Below, piece by piece: positions 9,154 through 19,126 of a stretch of DNA of 25,439 bases; within the stretch, counting starts at the first letter, position 1; every line of letters starts with the position of its first letter. Origin of the DNA: Anaerolineae bacterium (GTDB lineage: Bacteria > Chloroflexota > Anaerolineae > 4572-78). The notes beneath the pieces were generated by a model. The model searched no databases and had not been told where the DNA came from. It saw only the letters and a list, made by a program, of their open reading frames with translations. The stretch is from positions 1 through 25,439 of the forward strand of contig JALVZI010000393.1 of the NCBI GenBank assembly GCA_027022125.1. The letters run 5' to 3'. Made by a program: the position numbers and the translations under genes.

Positions 9154-10260
9154 ATGGATATTTATATTGAAAAGATGGCAAAAGCCATTATTCACTATTC
9201 TACAGATGTGAAACCCGACGAGCGCGTGCTCATCCGTGTCACCAGCCCAGCGGGACAGCCGCTGGCACAAGCCCTCTATCGAGAGGCGCTGCGTACCGGT
9301 GCGTATGCGTTTACGTATATTCACATGAGCGATGAGAACAGTTTGGCGATGGAAGCCACCGATAATCTTGACCTACTTGCCGCGCCCAACCCCATGCTGG
9401 AATTGATGTACCAAACCTGCGATGTCGTCATCCGCGTGGACGCATCAGAAAACCCCAGCGCTCTTTCTGACTACCCCACCGAATTGCAGCGGGCGCGCGG
9501 TAAAAGTGCCGGCGCAATCCTGAAAATCCAAATGGAACGCGAAGGCAACGGCAGTATGCGCCGCTGTTCCACACTTTTCCCCACGCAGGGATACGCACAA
9601 GCGGCGGGTATGTCGCTGCAACAGTATGAGCGGTTTGTATACCATGCCTGTAAACTGCATTTGGATGACCCCGTCGCCGGTTGGTTGGCACTTTCAAAAG
9701 AACAGCAGCGGCTGGTGAATTGGCTGCAAGGGAAAAAACACCTCAAAGTCACGGGCAAAAATATCGATATGGAAATGTCCATTGAAGGGCGCACGTTTAT
9801 CAATTCCAACGGCAAATCGAATTTTCCCAGCGGCGAAATTTTTACCGGACCGGTGGAAGACAGCGTGAATGGCTGGGTAAATTTCACCTATCCGGCATAT
9901 TACGGCGGCAATCGGGTGGATGGCGTTTCGCTGGCATTTAAAGACGGGGTGGTGGCCAAAGCCACTGCCGAAAAAAACGAAGCGTTTCTGCTGGCTGCCA
10001 TCGATTCCGACCCCGGCGCACGGCGGCTCGGCGAATTTGCCATCGGCACCAACCGCGATATTCAGCGGTTTACCGGCTCCATCTTGTTCGATGAAAAAAT
10101 CGGCGGAACCGTGCATATGGCGCTGGGGCAGGGATATCCGCACACCGGCAGCGTCAACAAATCTTCCATCCATTGGGATATGATTTGCGATATGCGCGAC
10201 GGCGGTGAAATTTGGGTGGATGGCGAACTGTTTTACAGAAACGGCGAATTTGTGGTGTGA
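9154..10260 (+). CDS. Aminopeptidase, peptidase family M29 (AmpS/AmpT-like)
   Basis: NFPSGEIFTGP, LGEFAIGTN, LFDEKIGGTVHMALG and SIHWDMI motifs. Start set at ATG 9154 (AGGGG upstream); the ORF is open from 9127. Confidence 0.93.
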   Translation: MDIYIEKMAKAIIHYSTDVKPDERVLIRVTSPAGQPLAQALYREALRTGAYAFTYIHMSDENSLAMEATDNLDLLAAPNPMLELMYQTCDVVIRVDASENPSALSDYPTELQRARGKSAGAILKIQMEREGNGSMRRCSTLFPTQGYAQAAGMSLQQYERFVYHACKLHLDDPVAGWLALSKEQQRLVNWLQGKKHLKVTGKNIDMEMSIEGRTFINSNGKSNFPSGEIFTGPVEDSVNGWVNFTYPAYYGGNRVDGVSLAFKDGVVAKATAEKNEAFLLAAIDSDPGARRLGEFAIGTNRDIQRFTGSILFDEKIGGTVHMALGQGYPHTGSVNKSSIHWDMICDMRDGGEIWVDGELFYRNGEFVV

Positions 10261-10304
10261 AACCGGTGATGGTTCAAATTGATGGGTGAAATGAATGTTC
10301 TTTT

Positions 10305-10331
10305 CCCTCTCTTTCCATCGGAGAGAGAGGG
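10305..10331. other. Stem-loop downstream of the aminopeptidase (terminator-like or REP-like)
   Basis: CCCTCTCTTTCC-ATC-GGAGAGAGAGGG: 12-bp stem with one G-U pair; no clear U tract. Confidence 0.45.
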
Positions 10332-10516
10332 CTTCACCCACCGTTTGGCACGCGCACATTCCACCCACGCTCATTTCGACCATTGGACGAAAATGAGTAT
10401 AATCCCCATAACTATTTTTGTTGAGAGTGCACACAAATTTCCCATAAATTGGTTGCAATTACGCAATATGTGTAGCAAAAATTGTGTTTTTGCACAAATG
10501 CGCTAGCCATACGCCT

Positions 10517-13500
10517 ATGAACAAGCATACCACCGAAATATTAACACGCATAAAACCATATTTGCCGCCGACACTCGACTTTTCTGCTGCCAAGAACCTG
10601 TCGGTGGACGATGCAACGACCATCGCCATTCATTTAGCATCATTGCGACAGGGTATTGCCACCTACCTGCCACGTTACCTGGTTGAGCAGATAGCACAAA
10701 ATCCTGAATCGGGGCAGGTGCGCGGCGAGTTCCGGTTTGGTGCAGTGATGTTCGCCGATGTATCCGGGTTCACCGCCATGTCTGAAAAACTCTCGGTATT
10801 GGGCAAAGAAGGCGCGGAAGAGATTACGGGGATTGTTAACGGTTATTTTGATAAAATGTTGCGCATCAGTTCAAAATTTGGCGGCGACTTGCTGAAATTC
10901 GGTGGAGATGCACTGCTACTTTTTTTTGAAGGCACAGACGGCGCGCACCGTGCGCTGACCACCGCTTGGGCAATGCAAGCCGCTATGGAGCAGTTTGCGC
11001 GGGTAAAAACCTCGCAAGGGACTTTCCCGCTGCGAATGAGTATCGGCATTGGAACCGGCAATATCTTTTTGGCGGAGTTGGGCACGCCGGAAAATATGGA
11101 ATATGCGGTGATGGGGCAGGCGCTTATCAATATGGCGCGAGCCGAAAGTATTGCCAACGCCGGCGAAATTGTGGTTGATGTGGCAACCCGCCGCGCCACC
11201 GAGTCGGTAGCAGCGTATGAGCCGGTTAAAAACTTTTGGCGCGTGACAAACCTGCTCGAAACACTCGGACCGGTGGCATATTCCAGTAAAATTTATCCGC
11301 GCCTCCCCAATCTGGTCGAGTCATCCATTGAAACATTGCTTGAATTTGCGTTGCGGCAGGTCAAAATCGTCAATGGGTTGAAGCCGTTTTTGCCCGAAGA
11401 ATTGCTGCACCAACTCATTCTCAATCCGCAGAACCCGCTGTTGCCCGGTTCGCATCGCCCCGTTACGGTAATGTTTGCCAACTTTTTTGGCATTGATGAC
11501 ATCATCGAAGCGTTGGGCGAACCGCACCAAAACACCATCACCCAAATTTTGAACGACCATTTCGTGACGATGAGTCGCATCATCAACCAATTTGGTGGGG
11601 TGGTGAATAAAGTTGATACCTACGCCATCGGACACCGCATTATGGCGTTGTTTGGCGTGCTGCGGGCACACGAAGACGACCCCCAGCGAGCCGTCCGCGC
11701 TGCGTTGGCGATGAACACGGCGCTGGCGGATGTGAACCGCCGCACCGCCGCACTTTTGCGGAAAATTTGCCCAATCGGCGAAAAATTCGGCGATATGCCG
11801 CTAAAACAGCGCATCGGGCTGAACAGCGGATTCGTCTTCGCCGGAAATGTCGGTTCGGCAACGCGGCACGAGTACTCGGTGATGGGCGATGAAGTCAATC
11901 TGACAGCGCGGCTGATGGGTGTGGCAAAAGAGGGAGAGGTGCTCATCAGCCACAGCACCGCCCGGCGGGTAGAAGGCGCATTCGACTTGCGCGAAAAAGC
12001 CCCGGTGCGCGTAAAGGGCAAATCGCAACCCGTACGAAATTTTGTGGTGCTGGCAGCACGGCAACAGCCATCGCGCTGGAAGAATCTTTCTGAATCGCCG
12101 ATGGTGGGGCGCGATGACGAATTGCAAACGGGGTTAGCCGCCATCGAGCAGGTTTTGCAGGGGCGCGGTACAATTCTGGTCATCAGCGGGGTGTCGGGTA
12201 TCGGCAAAACCCGTTTCGCCGAAGAATTGGCGTATCGCGTCGAACAGCGCGGGGTGGATTTGTTGGCGGGCATCTGTCTGTCATACGGCAAAACGATGAC
12301 CTACCATCCGTGGGCAGATATTCTGCGCAGTCATTTCGGTATTGCTCAAAACGATGATATTTCGGCGCGGGTGGCGGCGGTTAGGCGCGGTATGACTGCC
12401 ATCGGCGAGGGGGATTGGACGCCGGTTATTGCCGATGTGCTGGGGCTGGATGTGCCCGATAATGACCTGACCCGCGCCATTGACGCCAAATTGCGCCGTC
12501 AGCGCATTATGGATTTGACGGTAAAATTGCTGCAAACCCGCGCCGTGCAAAAACCGCTGCTGCTGGTGCTGGAAGATGCTCACTGGGCAGACCCCGCTTC
12601 GATGGAACTGATAAATTATGTGGCGCGAAACATTGCCGACCATCCGATTTTGCTGGTGTTGCCCCACCGCACCGACCCAGATTTGCCCGATTGGACGGCA
12701 TTTCCGCACGCCATACACATCCCACTGGTAGATTTACCCGATGATGCCTGTTTGGAAATTGCGCGGGGGATGGTCGGCGGGGTGGAACTTCCGGCGGAGT
12801 TACAGCAACTCATCCTGTCGAAAGGGGAAGGCAACCCGTTTTTTATCGAAGAGGTGGTGCGGGTGCTGATTGACAATCGGGTCATCAAAAAAATGCCCGA
12901 TGGCACATGGAAACTCGCCGGAAATTTGGCGGGGATAGAACTCCCCGATACCATTCACGGCATTATCATCAGCCGCATTGACCGCCTGCTGGAAATTGAC
13001 CGCCGCATTTTGCGGGTGGCATCGGTGGTGGGGCGTATTTTCGCCTATCGGGTGGTCAGCAGTGTGCAAAATTATGGCAGCACAGAACCCATCGTGCGCG
13101 AACATTTGGATTATCTGCAAAATTTGGGACTGACCGAACTCTTTCAGGTTGAGTCGCTGCTGTACCGGTTCAAACATCTCACCACCCGCGAAGTGGTGTA
13201 CGAAAGTTTGTCGTTTGAGCAGCGGCGCACACTGCACCGCCGCATCGCCGATTTTTATGAGCATGTTTTCGCCGATTCATTGGGTGAACGGATAGATTTA
13301 CTGGCATATCATTATTTTGAAGGACATGCGTGGATGAAAGCAATAGAATACAATTTGCGAGCCGCCCGGCACGCCCGGCGAGAATTTGCCAATGCCACCG
13401 CCGTTGAAGCCTACCGGCGGGTGCTGGAATCTGCCGCGAATGTGGAAGATACTGATACCACCGCCGCCCGACTGGAAGCACACGAATCGCTGGGGGATGT

Positions 13501-14713
13501 GCTGATGCTGATGGGGCAGTTCGATGATGCGCTGGCACATCTGTCGCAGGCGCGAGATATTGTGCAATCAACCGGCGATGCGCCCCGGCTGGTGGATATT
13601 TTCCGCAAAATTGCCGCTGTGTACGAGCGCCGCAGCGAGTTCGACACGGCGTTTGAGTGGCTGGAGCGGGGGTTGTCGCACCTGCCCGCCGATACGCCCA
13701 CCGTCGAAGCGGCGCGCATATATCTGCTCGGCGCGGGTGTTTTTCGGCGGCAGGGGAAAAACGAAGAGGCAATTCAATGGTGTGAAAAAACACTGCATGT
13801 TGCTGCGTCGATTGATTCTCGCCTTAGCCTGCAAACCATTGCGCAAGCCTATTATAATTTGGCGGGAATTTACACGCGGTACGGTGATTTTCAGCGGGCG
13901 ATACAGTTTTCGCTCGATAGCGTGAAAGTGTATCAGCAAATAAACGATGAGGTAGGACTTTCGCACGCCTATAATAATTTGGGAAATGTGTACAGCGATT
14001 TGGGCGATTGGGAAAAAGCCACCGAAGCCTTTGAACGCAGTCTTGCTGTAAAACAAAAAATCGGTGATGTGCTCTATCAAGGCTTCATCAGCAACAATTT
14101 GGCGAACATTCAAATGAATCGCGGCAATTGGGCAGATGCCGAGCGACTGTTCTCACAGAGTTTGGATGTGTGGAAACAACTGGGGGCATCACTGCCGCAC
14201 GCTGTAACCGCCAGCAATTTGGGGCAATTGCGACTCTACCAGCAAAATTTCCCCGAGGCGAAACATTTGCTGGCAACCGCCGAAGAAATTTTCGCCAGCA
14301 TCGAGTCAGAGGACTTTTTGCCGGAGTTGGAACGCCGCTGGGCTGAATATCATTTACTCACCGGCGATACCGATGCCGCGCTGAAACACATCCGGCGGTC
14401 GCTGGAGTTGGCGGTTCAGCAAGAGGCAAAATTGGAAGAAGGGATGTCGTGCCGTGTGCTGGGGCTGGTTCAAATGGAAAATGGGCAAAAAAAACTGGCG
14501 GAAATCTCGCTGCAGCGAAGTTTGAGAATTTTAACGGAACTGAACAGTACTTACGAAATTGCGAAAACAAATGTGGCATTTGGTTTATTATGGCAAAATG
14601 AAAATCCGGCAGCGGCAAAACGGTATTTGCAGGTGGCAATCGAAACATTCCGCTCATTGGGGGCAAAGACAGATTTGCGCCACACTGAAAATCTCATCAG
14701 CCACTTGCCATAA
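10517..14713 (+). CDS. Tandem class III adenylate cyclase - STAND/AAA ATPase - TPR protein (soluble adenylyl cyclase-like)
   Basis: Cyclase 1: MFADVSGFT, LLKFGGDALL. Cyclase 2: VMFANF, NKVD, EYSVMGDEVNLTARL. Walker A GVSGIGKT, Walker B LLVLEDAHWAD, GNPFFIEE; C-terminal TPRs (AYNNLGNVYSDLGDWEKA). ORF open from GTG 10484; ATG 10517 preferred. Confidence 0.92.
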   Translation: MNKHTTEILTRIKPYLPPTLDFSAAKNLSVDDATTIAIHLASLRQGIATYLPRYLVEQIAQNPESGQVRGEFRFGAVMFADVSGFTAMSEKLSVLGKEGAEEITGIVNGYFDKMLRISSKFGGDLLKFGGDALLLFFEGTDGAHRALTTAWAMQAAMEQFARVKTSQGTFPLRMSIGIGTGNIFLAELGTPENMEYAVMGQALINMARAESIANAGEIVVDVATRRATESVAAYEPVKNFWRVTNLLETLGPVAYSSKIYPRLPNLVESSIETLLEFALRQVKIVNGLKPFLPEELLHQLILNPQNPLLPGSHRPVTVMFANFFGIDDIIEALGEPHQNTITQILNDHFVTMSRIINQFGGVVNKVDTYAIGHRIMALFGVLRAHEDDPQRAVRAALAMNTALADVNRRTAALLRKICPIGEKFGDMPLKQRIGLNSGFVFAGNVGSATRHEYSVMGDEVNLTARLMGVAKEGEVLISHSTARRVEGAFDLREKAPVRVKGKSQPVRNFVVLAARQQPSRWKNLSESPMVGRDDELQTGLAAIEQVLQGRGTILVISGVSGIGKTRFAEELAYRVEQRGVDLLAGICLSYGKTMTYHPWADILRSHFGIAQNDDISARVAAVRRGMTAIGEGDWTPVIADVLGLDVPDNDLTRAIDAKLRRQRIMDLTVKLLQTRAVQKPLLLVLEDAHWADPASMELINYVARNIADHPILLVLPHRTDPDLPDWTAFPHAIHIPLVDLPDDACLEIARGMVGGVELPAELQQLILSKGEGNPFFIEEVVRVLIDNRVIKKMPDGTWKLAGNLAGIELPDTIHGIIISRIDRLLEIDRRILRVASVVGRIFAYRVVSSVQNYGSTEPIVREHLDYLQNLGLTELFQVESLLYRFKHLTTREVVYESLSFEQRRTLHRRIADFYEHVFADSLGERIDLLAYHYFEGHAWMKAIEYNLRAARHARREFANATAVEAYRRVLESAANVEDTDTTAARLEAHESLGDVLMLMGQFDDALAHLSQARDIVQSTGDAPRLVDIFRKIAAVYERRSEFDTAFEWLERGLSHLPADTPTVEAARIYLLGAGVFRRQGKNEEAIQWCEKTLHVAASIDSRLSLQTIAQAYYNLAGIYTRYGDFQRAIQFSLDSVKVYQQINDEVGLSHAYNNLGNVYSDLGDWEKATEAFERSLAVKQKIGDVLYQGFISNNLANIQMNRGNWADAERLFSQSLDVWKQLGASLPHAVTASNLGQLRLYQQNFPEAKHLLATAEEIFASIESEDFLPELERRWAEYHLLTGDTDAALKHIRRSLELAVQQEAKLEEGMSCRVLGLVQMENGQKKLAEISLQRSLRILTELNSTYEIAKTNVAFGLLWQNENPAAAKRYLQVAIETFRSLGAKTDLRHTENLISHLP

Positions 14714-14743
14714 AATGTTTCGAATTATTGGAGGATGGAACCC

Positions 14744-17700
14744 ATGAAACAACAGATAAAACTTTTGACGGCGATTTTCGGCGGTGTTTTTGCCGTGTTG
14801 GCGGTATCGCTAATGTTGCAGGTTGTCGGTGGGAAAATCGCGCCGGTATACGCCGATAGTGGCGCGATAATCCGTGTAGCGCGCAGCGGTACAAACGTTA
14901 ATACTTGTGGCGCGGAAGCTCAACCATGTCAAACTATTCAGTATGCAGTTGACCGTGCCGCACCGGGGGATGAAATTCAGGTGGCAGAGGGATATTACAC
15001 GGAATGGTCATCGCGGAACGGTATGACCGCCACACTGTTCATCACCAAATCGATTGTTATTCGCGGCGGGTATACCACTACCAATTGGAGTCTGCCTCCA
15101 CAACCGTTTACCCAAGTTGTTACACTTGATGCGCAGGGTAGGGGGCGGGGTGTGGTTATTATGTCAACCACTGCCACGCTTGAAGGGTTCGACATTACTG
15201 GGGGCAACGCCTTGGGAAACAGTGGCGGTGGCGTTTATGTTTATAATGCCCCCAGTTCATTTTTGCGGAATAATATTATCCACGAAAACTCTGCCGATTT
15301 TGGCGGTGGTATCTATGTTTTTAATTCTAGTGGCATCTCTTTGGAATGGAATGATATTTTCTCAAATACGGCGCAAATAAAAGGTGGGGGGATCTTTTTG
15401 GTTGATACAGCGGCGTTGGTGAATAGTAACCATATTTTTCAAAATACATCAAATATAAATGGCGGCGGTTTAGCCATTGGATTTTCGGAAGTTTCTACCG
15501 GTACCTTGCAATTGTGGGACAATATGATTGCCGATAACCGCGCTAACTCGGCGGGGGGGGGCATATATTTCCACAATACAGTTTCTGGAGTGGGTACAGA
15601 GGCTGTCAATAATGTGGTGATAGATAATATGCTGACCGGCACGTCTGCCAGCGGTAGTGGTATTTTTATGGCGAGCAATGGTACTGCGCCGAAATTTTTT
15701 CACACAACCATTTCGAACAATACCGGTGGCGACGGCATCGGAGTGCATGTTGAAGGGTCTTCTCCCATCGAATCGGTGTGGTTCACCAACACCATCATCG
15801 CCGACCAAAATACCGGTGTGAAAGCGTTGAACATTTCGGCGGGAACAACCGTCACGGTGAATATAGACCATGTTTTGTGGTTCAACGTGCTAACCCCCAC
15901 AGTCAATGGTAGTGGGGGGCAAGTGAATACTTTTAATGAAACTTTCGCCGACCCGATGTTCGACCCGGATGGGTTCCATCTCACTGCGGGGTCGCAGGCG
16001 ATAGACCGGGGTGTGGAAGCCGGTATCCCCACCGATTTTGATGGTGATTTCCGTCCCTTTGGTGCGTCGCCCGATTTGGGCGCAGATGAGTATAGTTCTG
16101 GGGGCTTTTCTCCGGTGACAAATGTATCGCTAACGGGACCATTTACGGCGTTGGTGGGCAGTGATGTTACGTTTGTGGCAACGGTTGACCCGCCGGATGC
16201 CACCCAGCCGATTCATTACACCTGGACGGCAACCGATAAGGGCGTGCAAGAGTTCGATACAAACCTTGTATCGGCAGTCACCATACATTGGACTTCTCCC
16301 GGACAGAAAAATGTTTTCGTGCGGGCGGAAAATGGCACCACTGCCAGTGCCACCGCATCACAGACCATCGCCATTTTGGGAGATACCTTCGAACCGAATG
16401 ACGTTTATACCGATGCCTACCCCATTGTGCCAGATACGCCGTACCTGTCGTTCATCAGTACTTTAACCGATGTGGATTGGTACACATTCAACATTACCAG
16501 GACTTCTAAAATTACGGTTACATTGGAGGGAACGCCGTACCTGCCCGATGATTACGACCTGTTTCTGGTTTCGCCGCTGCCGCCAACCCCATACCCCGAA
16601 AGCGATGTATTGAGCGAGTTTACCGATGGGGTGGATGTAGATGCTGTAGGCAATTTGTCATCCATCGGCAATTTATCGTCCATCGGCAATCTGTCGTCCA
16701 TCGGCAATCTGTCGTCCATTGGCAATCTGTCGTCTATCGGCAATTTATCGTCCATCGGCAATTTGTCATCTATCGGCAATCTGTCATCCATTTCCACCAA
16801 CCCCATCACCTACCCGGAATACATCCGCACTACGGCTTATCTCCCCGGCGATTACTATTTGGTAGTGGCGCGCGGCGAAAGTGCCGCACCGCATTACAAG
16901 CCGTACACGCTCACCCTGACCACCCAACCCATACCCTCGCCCACCTGCCAGTGGGTTGCCCCGCTGTCTGGCACGGTTGTTTTACCGCCGAACCCACCCG
17001 CGCCGTATCCCGATGCACATATCGGCGGCGAAACACTCATCTTGTGGAATTACAGCCGTATGGCACAGACATATGGTATCACCGCAGCGAATACTTTGAG
17101 TGGCACACTCAAAACACTGGCAGATACCGTCACTGGCACACTGGTTTCGGTGGAGCATAACCCTTCTGTGGCGACGGCATATAACAACTGGAATGCCAAC
17201 TATTGCAACCCCCGCGCCGCCAATGCGGTGGGCGATGCCATCAAAACCGCGTGGATGCAAAATTTCAGCGGAAAATATGTGGTGCTGGTCGGTTCGGATG
17301 AGATGATACCCTTCTACCGCTCGCCGGATATGACCACCATTGCCAACGAGCGCGAGTTTGCCCCGCACTCGCAACTGTCAGACGGGGCAATTTGGGGCGC
17401 ACTCAATCAGGGCTTTTTGCTCACCGACAATTTCTACGGGGTTCGCAAGCGCGGATTCTTGATGCGCGGGCACGGGCTGTGGGTTCCCACACTGGCGGTG
17501 GGGCGACTGGTGGAAACACCGGCGGACATCAAAAAAATGGTGGATGGTTATTTGAACAAGCCTGTGATTCCGGTGGATGATGTACTCATCACCGCGTATG
17601 ATTTTCTCACCGACAGCGCCCGGCTCATTTCCGATACCGTATCAACATGGAACGTGACCACCCAAACCACGCTCATCAATGAAACATGGGTCGTCACCGA

Positions 17701-19126
17701 TGTGGTGAATGCGTGGACGCAATATGTGCCGGGGCGCGATGTCGTTTCGCTAAACGCCCATTTCGAACCGTGGCGCGCCCTGCCCGCCGCCCCCAGCACC
17801 GGCTACGACGCCTTCGACCTGTTTTACAATTTCCACATTACCAACAGCAATACCATCAGCGACAGTCTGATTTTCTCGATGGGCTGTCATGCCGGGCTGA
17901 ATATGCCCGATGCGGATGTGGATACGCCGTATATTGATGCAGGGGGCAACCCGTGGGAGGTGAATCCCGATTTTCCGCAGGCGTTGGCGCAAAAAGCCAG
18001 CGTGATGGTCGGCAATACGGGGTACGGTTACGGGGTGGATGACTCGCCCGAATATACCGAATGGCTGATGTACCTGTATGCGAAAATGCTCGGTTCGCGG
18101 CACAATATGCCGGTGGGCGAAGCCCTGCAACGGGCAAAACGCTATTACATCGGTTCTGCGCCGAGCGGCGGCATTTCGGTGTATCACGAAAAGGTTTTGC
18201 TGGAAGCCACGCTGTACGGCTTGCCCATGCAGCAGGTGGATGTACCCAAACCGACCCCCATCAGCAATAGCGCCATCAGCGGGCGGTTCAGCGGAATGCA
18301 GTCTGCGCCACGCCCGATTGCTGCAACGGCATCAAATTTCATCAGTGCGACCATTACCCTGACACCGACGCTCAATCAAAGCGGCAACGGTTCCTATTAT
18401 TCACTGGGCGGCGAAATTCAAGCCAGTCCCGGACGACCGATACAGCCGCGCGGCACGCTGTTCATCAGCAGTAATGCCAATGGATTGCTGCCGCATGGCG
18501 CGGTACTGTTCGACGCTACCTTCACCGAGACCACCACCTTCAACCCGATGGTTACTCGTCCCATTACTGATGTCACCCTGTCCGAACCGGACCTGAATGT
18601 CGGTGGATGGTTCCCCAATAAATTGTGGGCGGTGAACCGGTTCGGGAAAACCAATGCAGGTGACGATGACCGGCTGGTGATTGTTGGCGGGCAGTTTAAA
18701 ATGACCGATTTCACAAACGGGGTTGGCACGGAACGAGTTTTCACCCGGATGAATCTGCGCGTTTATTACAGCGAAGATGGCAAAGATTACCAGCCGCCCG
18801 TTATCTGGAAGTCTCGCGGCGTGAAGTTCGATGACAAAATGATTGTGGAGGTCGATGTGGAAGACCCGTCGGGAGTGCAGGGGGTGGTGGTGAGTTATCG
18901 CCCTTCGGCTGACCCGCTGGCGATTCGCAGTCTCGAACTTTCACCCGCCGAGATTGACAACTTTGGCAATGGCATCTGGCGCGGCGAAATTCCGGGCGAC
19001 CCGAACGTGAGTTTTTATGTGCAGGCGGTGGATGCTGCGGGGAATGTGCAAATGGCGGGCAATAAAGGATTGTCTTTCGCCCCCGATGAACCGGTGATGA
19101 CCTACCTGCCGCTGGTGTTGAAGTGA
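14744..19126 (+). CDS. Large secreted/surface mosaic protein: signal peptide, parallel beta-helix, PKD-like, PPC-like domain with hexapeptide-repeat insert, clan CD C25/gingipain-like protease, C-terminal YLPLVLK motif
   Basis: GGAGG 9 bp before ATG 14744; signal peptide ending VYA-DS; GGGIY beta-helix repeats and DFDGDFRPFGASPDLGADEY; DTFEPND...DVDWY...DYDL (PPC-like); VVLVGSDEMIPFYR, LAVGRL, NAHF (His), SMGCHAG (Cys), VGNTGYGYG. Confidence 0.85.
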   Translation: MKQQIKLLTAIFGGVFAVLAVSLMLQVVGGKIAPVYADSGAIIRVARSGTNVNTCGAEAQPCQTIQYAVDRAAPGDEIQVAEGYYTEWSSRNGMTATLFITKSIVIRGGYTTTNWSLPPQPFTQVVTLDAQGRGRGVVIMSTTATLEGFDITGGNALGNSGGGVYVYNAPSSFLRNNIIHENSADFGGGIYVFNSSGISLEWNDIFSNTAQIKGGGIFLVDTAALVNSNHIFQNTSNINGGGLAIGFSEVSTGTLQLWDNMIADNRANSAGGGIYFHNTVSGVGTEAVNNVVIDNMLTGTSASGSGIFMASNGTAPKFFHTTISNNTGGDGIGVHVEGSSPIESVWFTNTIIADQNTGVKALNISAGTTVTVNIDHVLWFNVLTPTVNGSGGQVNTFNETFADPMFDPDGFHLTAGSQAIDRGVEAGIPTDFDGDFRPFGASPDLGADEYSSGGFSPVTNVSLTGPFTALVGSDVTFVATVDPPDATQPIHYTWTATDKGVQEFDTNLVSAVTIHWTSPGQKNVFVRAENGTTASATASQTIAILGDTFEPNDVYTDAYPIVPDTPYLSFISTLTDVDWYTFNITRTSKITVTLEGTPYLPDDYDLFLVSPLPPTPYPESDVLSEFTDGVDVDAVGNLSSIGNLSSIGNLSSIGNLSSIGNLSSIGNLSSIGNLSSIGNLSSISTNPITYPEYIRTTAYLPGDYYLVVARGESAAPHYKPYTLTLTTQPIPSPTCQWVAPLSGTVVLPPNPPAPYPDAHIGGETLILWNYSRMAQTYGITAANTLSGTLKTLADTVTGTLVSVEHNPSVATAYNNWNANYCNPRAANAVGDAIKTAWMQNFSGKYVVLVGSDEMIPFYRSPDMTTIANEREFAPHSQLSDGAIWGALNQGFLLTDNFYGVRKRGFLMRGHGLWVPTLAVGRLVETPADIKKMVDGYLNKPVIPVDDVLITAYDFLTDSARLISDTVSTWNVTTQTTLINETWVVTDVVNAWTQYVPGRDVVSLNAHFEPWRALPAAPSTGYDAFDLFYNFHITNSNTISDSLIFSMGCHAGLNMPDADVDTPYIDAGGNPWEVNPDFPQALAQKASVMVGNTGYGYGVDDSPEYTEWLMYLYAKMLGSRHNMPVGEALQRAKRYYIGSAPSGGISVYHEKVLLEATLYGLPMQQVDVPKPTPISNSAISGRFSGMQSAPRPIAATASNFISATITLTPTLNQSGNGSYYSLGGEIQASPGRPIQPRGTLFISSNANGLLPHGAVLFDATFTETTTFNPMVTRPITDVTLSEPDLNVGGWFPNKLWAVNRFGKTNAGDDDRLVIVGGQFKMTDFTNGVGTERVFTRMNLRVYYSEDGKDYQPPVIWKSRGVKFDDKMIVEVDVEDPSGVQGVVVSYRPSADPLAIRSLELSPAEIDNFGNGIWRGEIPGDPNVSFYVQAVDAAGNVQMAGNKGLSFAPDEPVMTYLPLVLK
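16649..16792 (+). repeat. Coding tandem repeat, 8 x 18 bp, (GNLSSI)8
   Basis: Eight in-frame units GGC AAT YTR TCR TCY ATY; every difference between units is synonymous. Confidence 0.97.

Noticed and set aside
10482-10497. TTGTG-N6-CACAA palindrome as a CRP or Rex site upstream of the cyclase
   Set aside because: Spacing is 2 bp shorter than CRP/Rex consensus (TGTG-N8-CACA); it may bind another regulator but cannot be supported.
10517-10730. N-terminal amyloid signalling motif on the STAND protein (BASS/HET-s style)
   Set aside because: The N-terminus looks helical/globular with no G/N/Q/S-rich repeat matching the SIG arrays, so a direct NLR-amyloid link is unsupported.
16649-16792. 18-bp arrays (here and at 20128-20370) as CRISPR arrays
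   Set aside because: Units are contiguous with no unique spacers, are in frame, vary synonymously, and no cas genes are present.
16552-16809. Antisense ORF with DD(K/R)LP(M/I) repeats
   Set aside because: Shadow of (GNLSSI)8 inside a 1460-aa gene; variation is silent only in the + frame.
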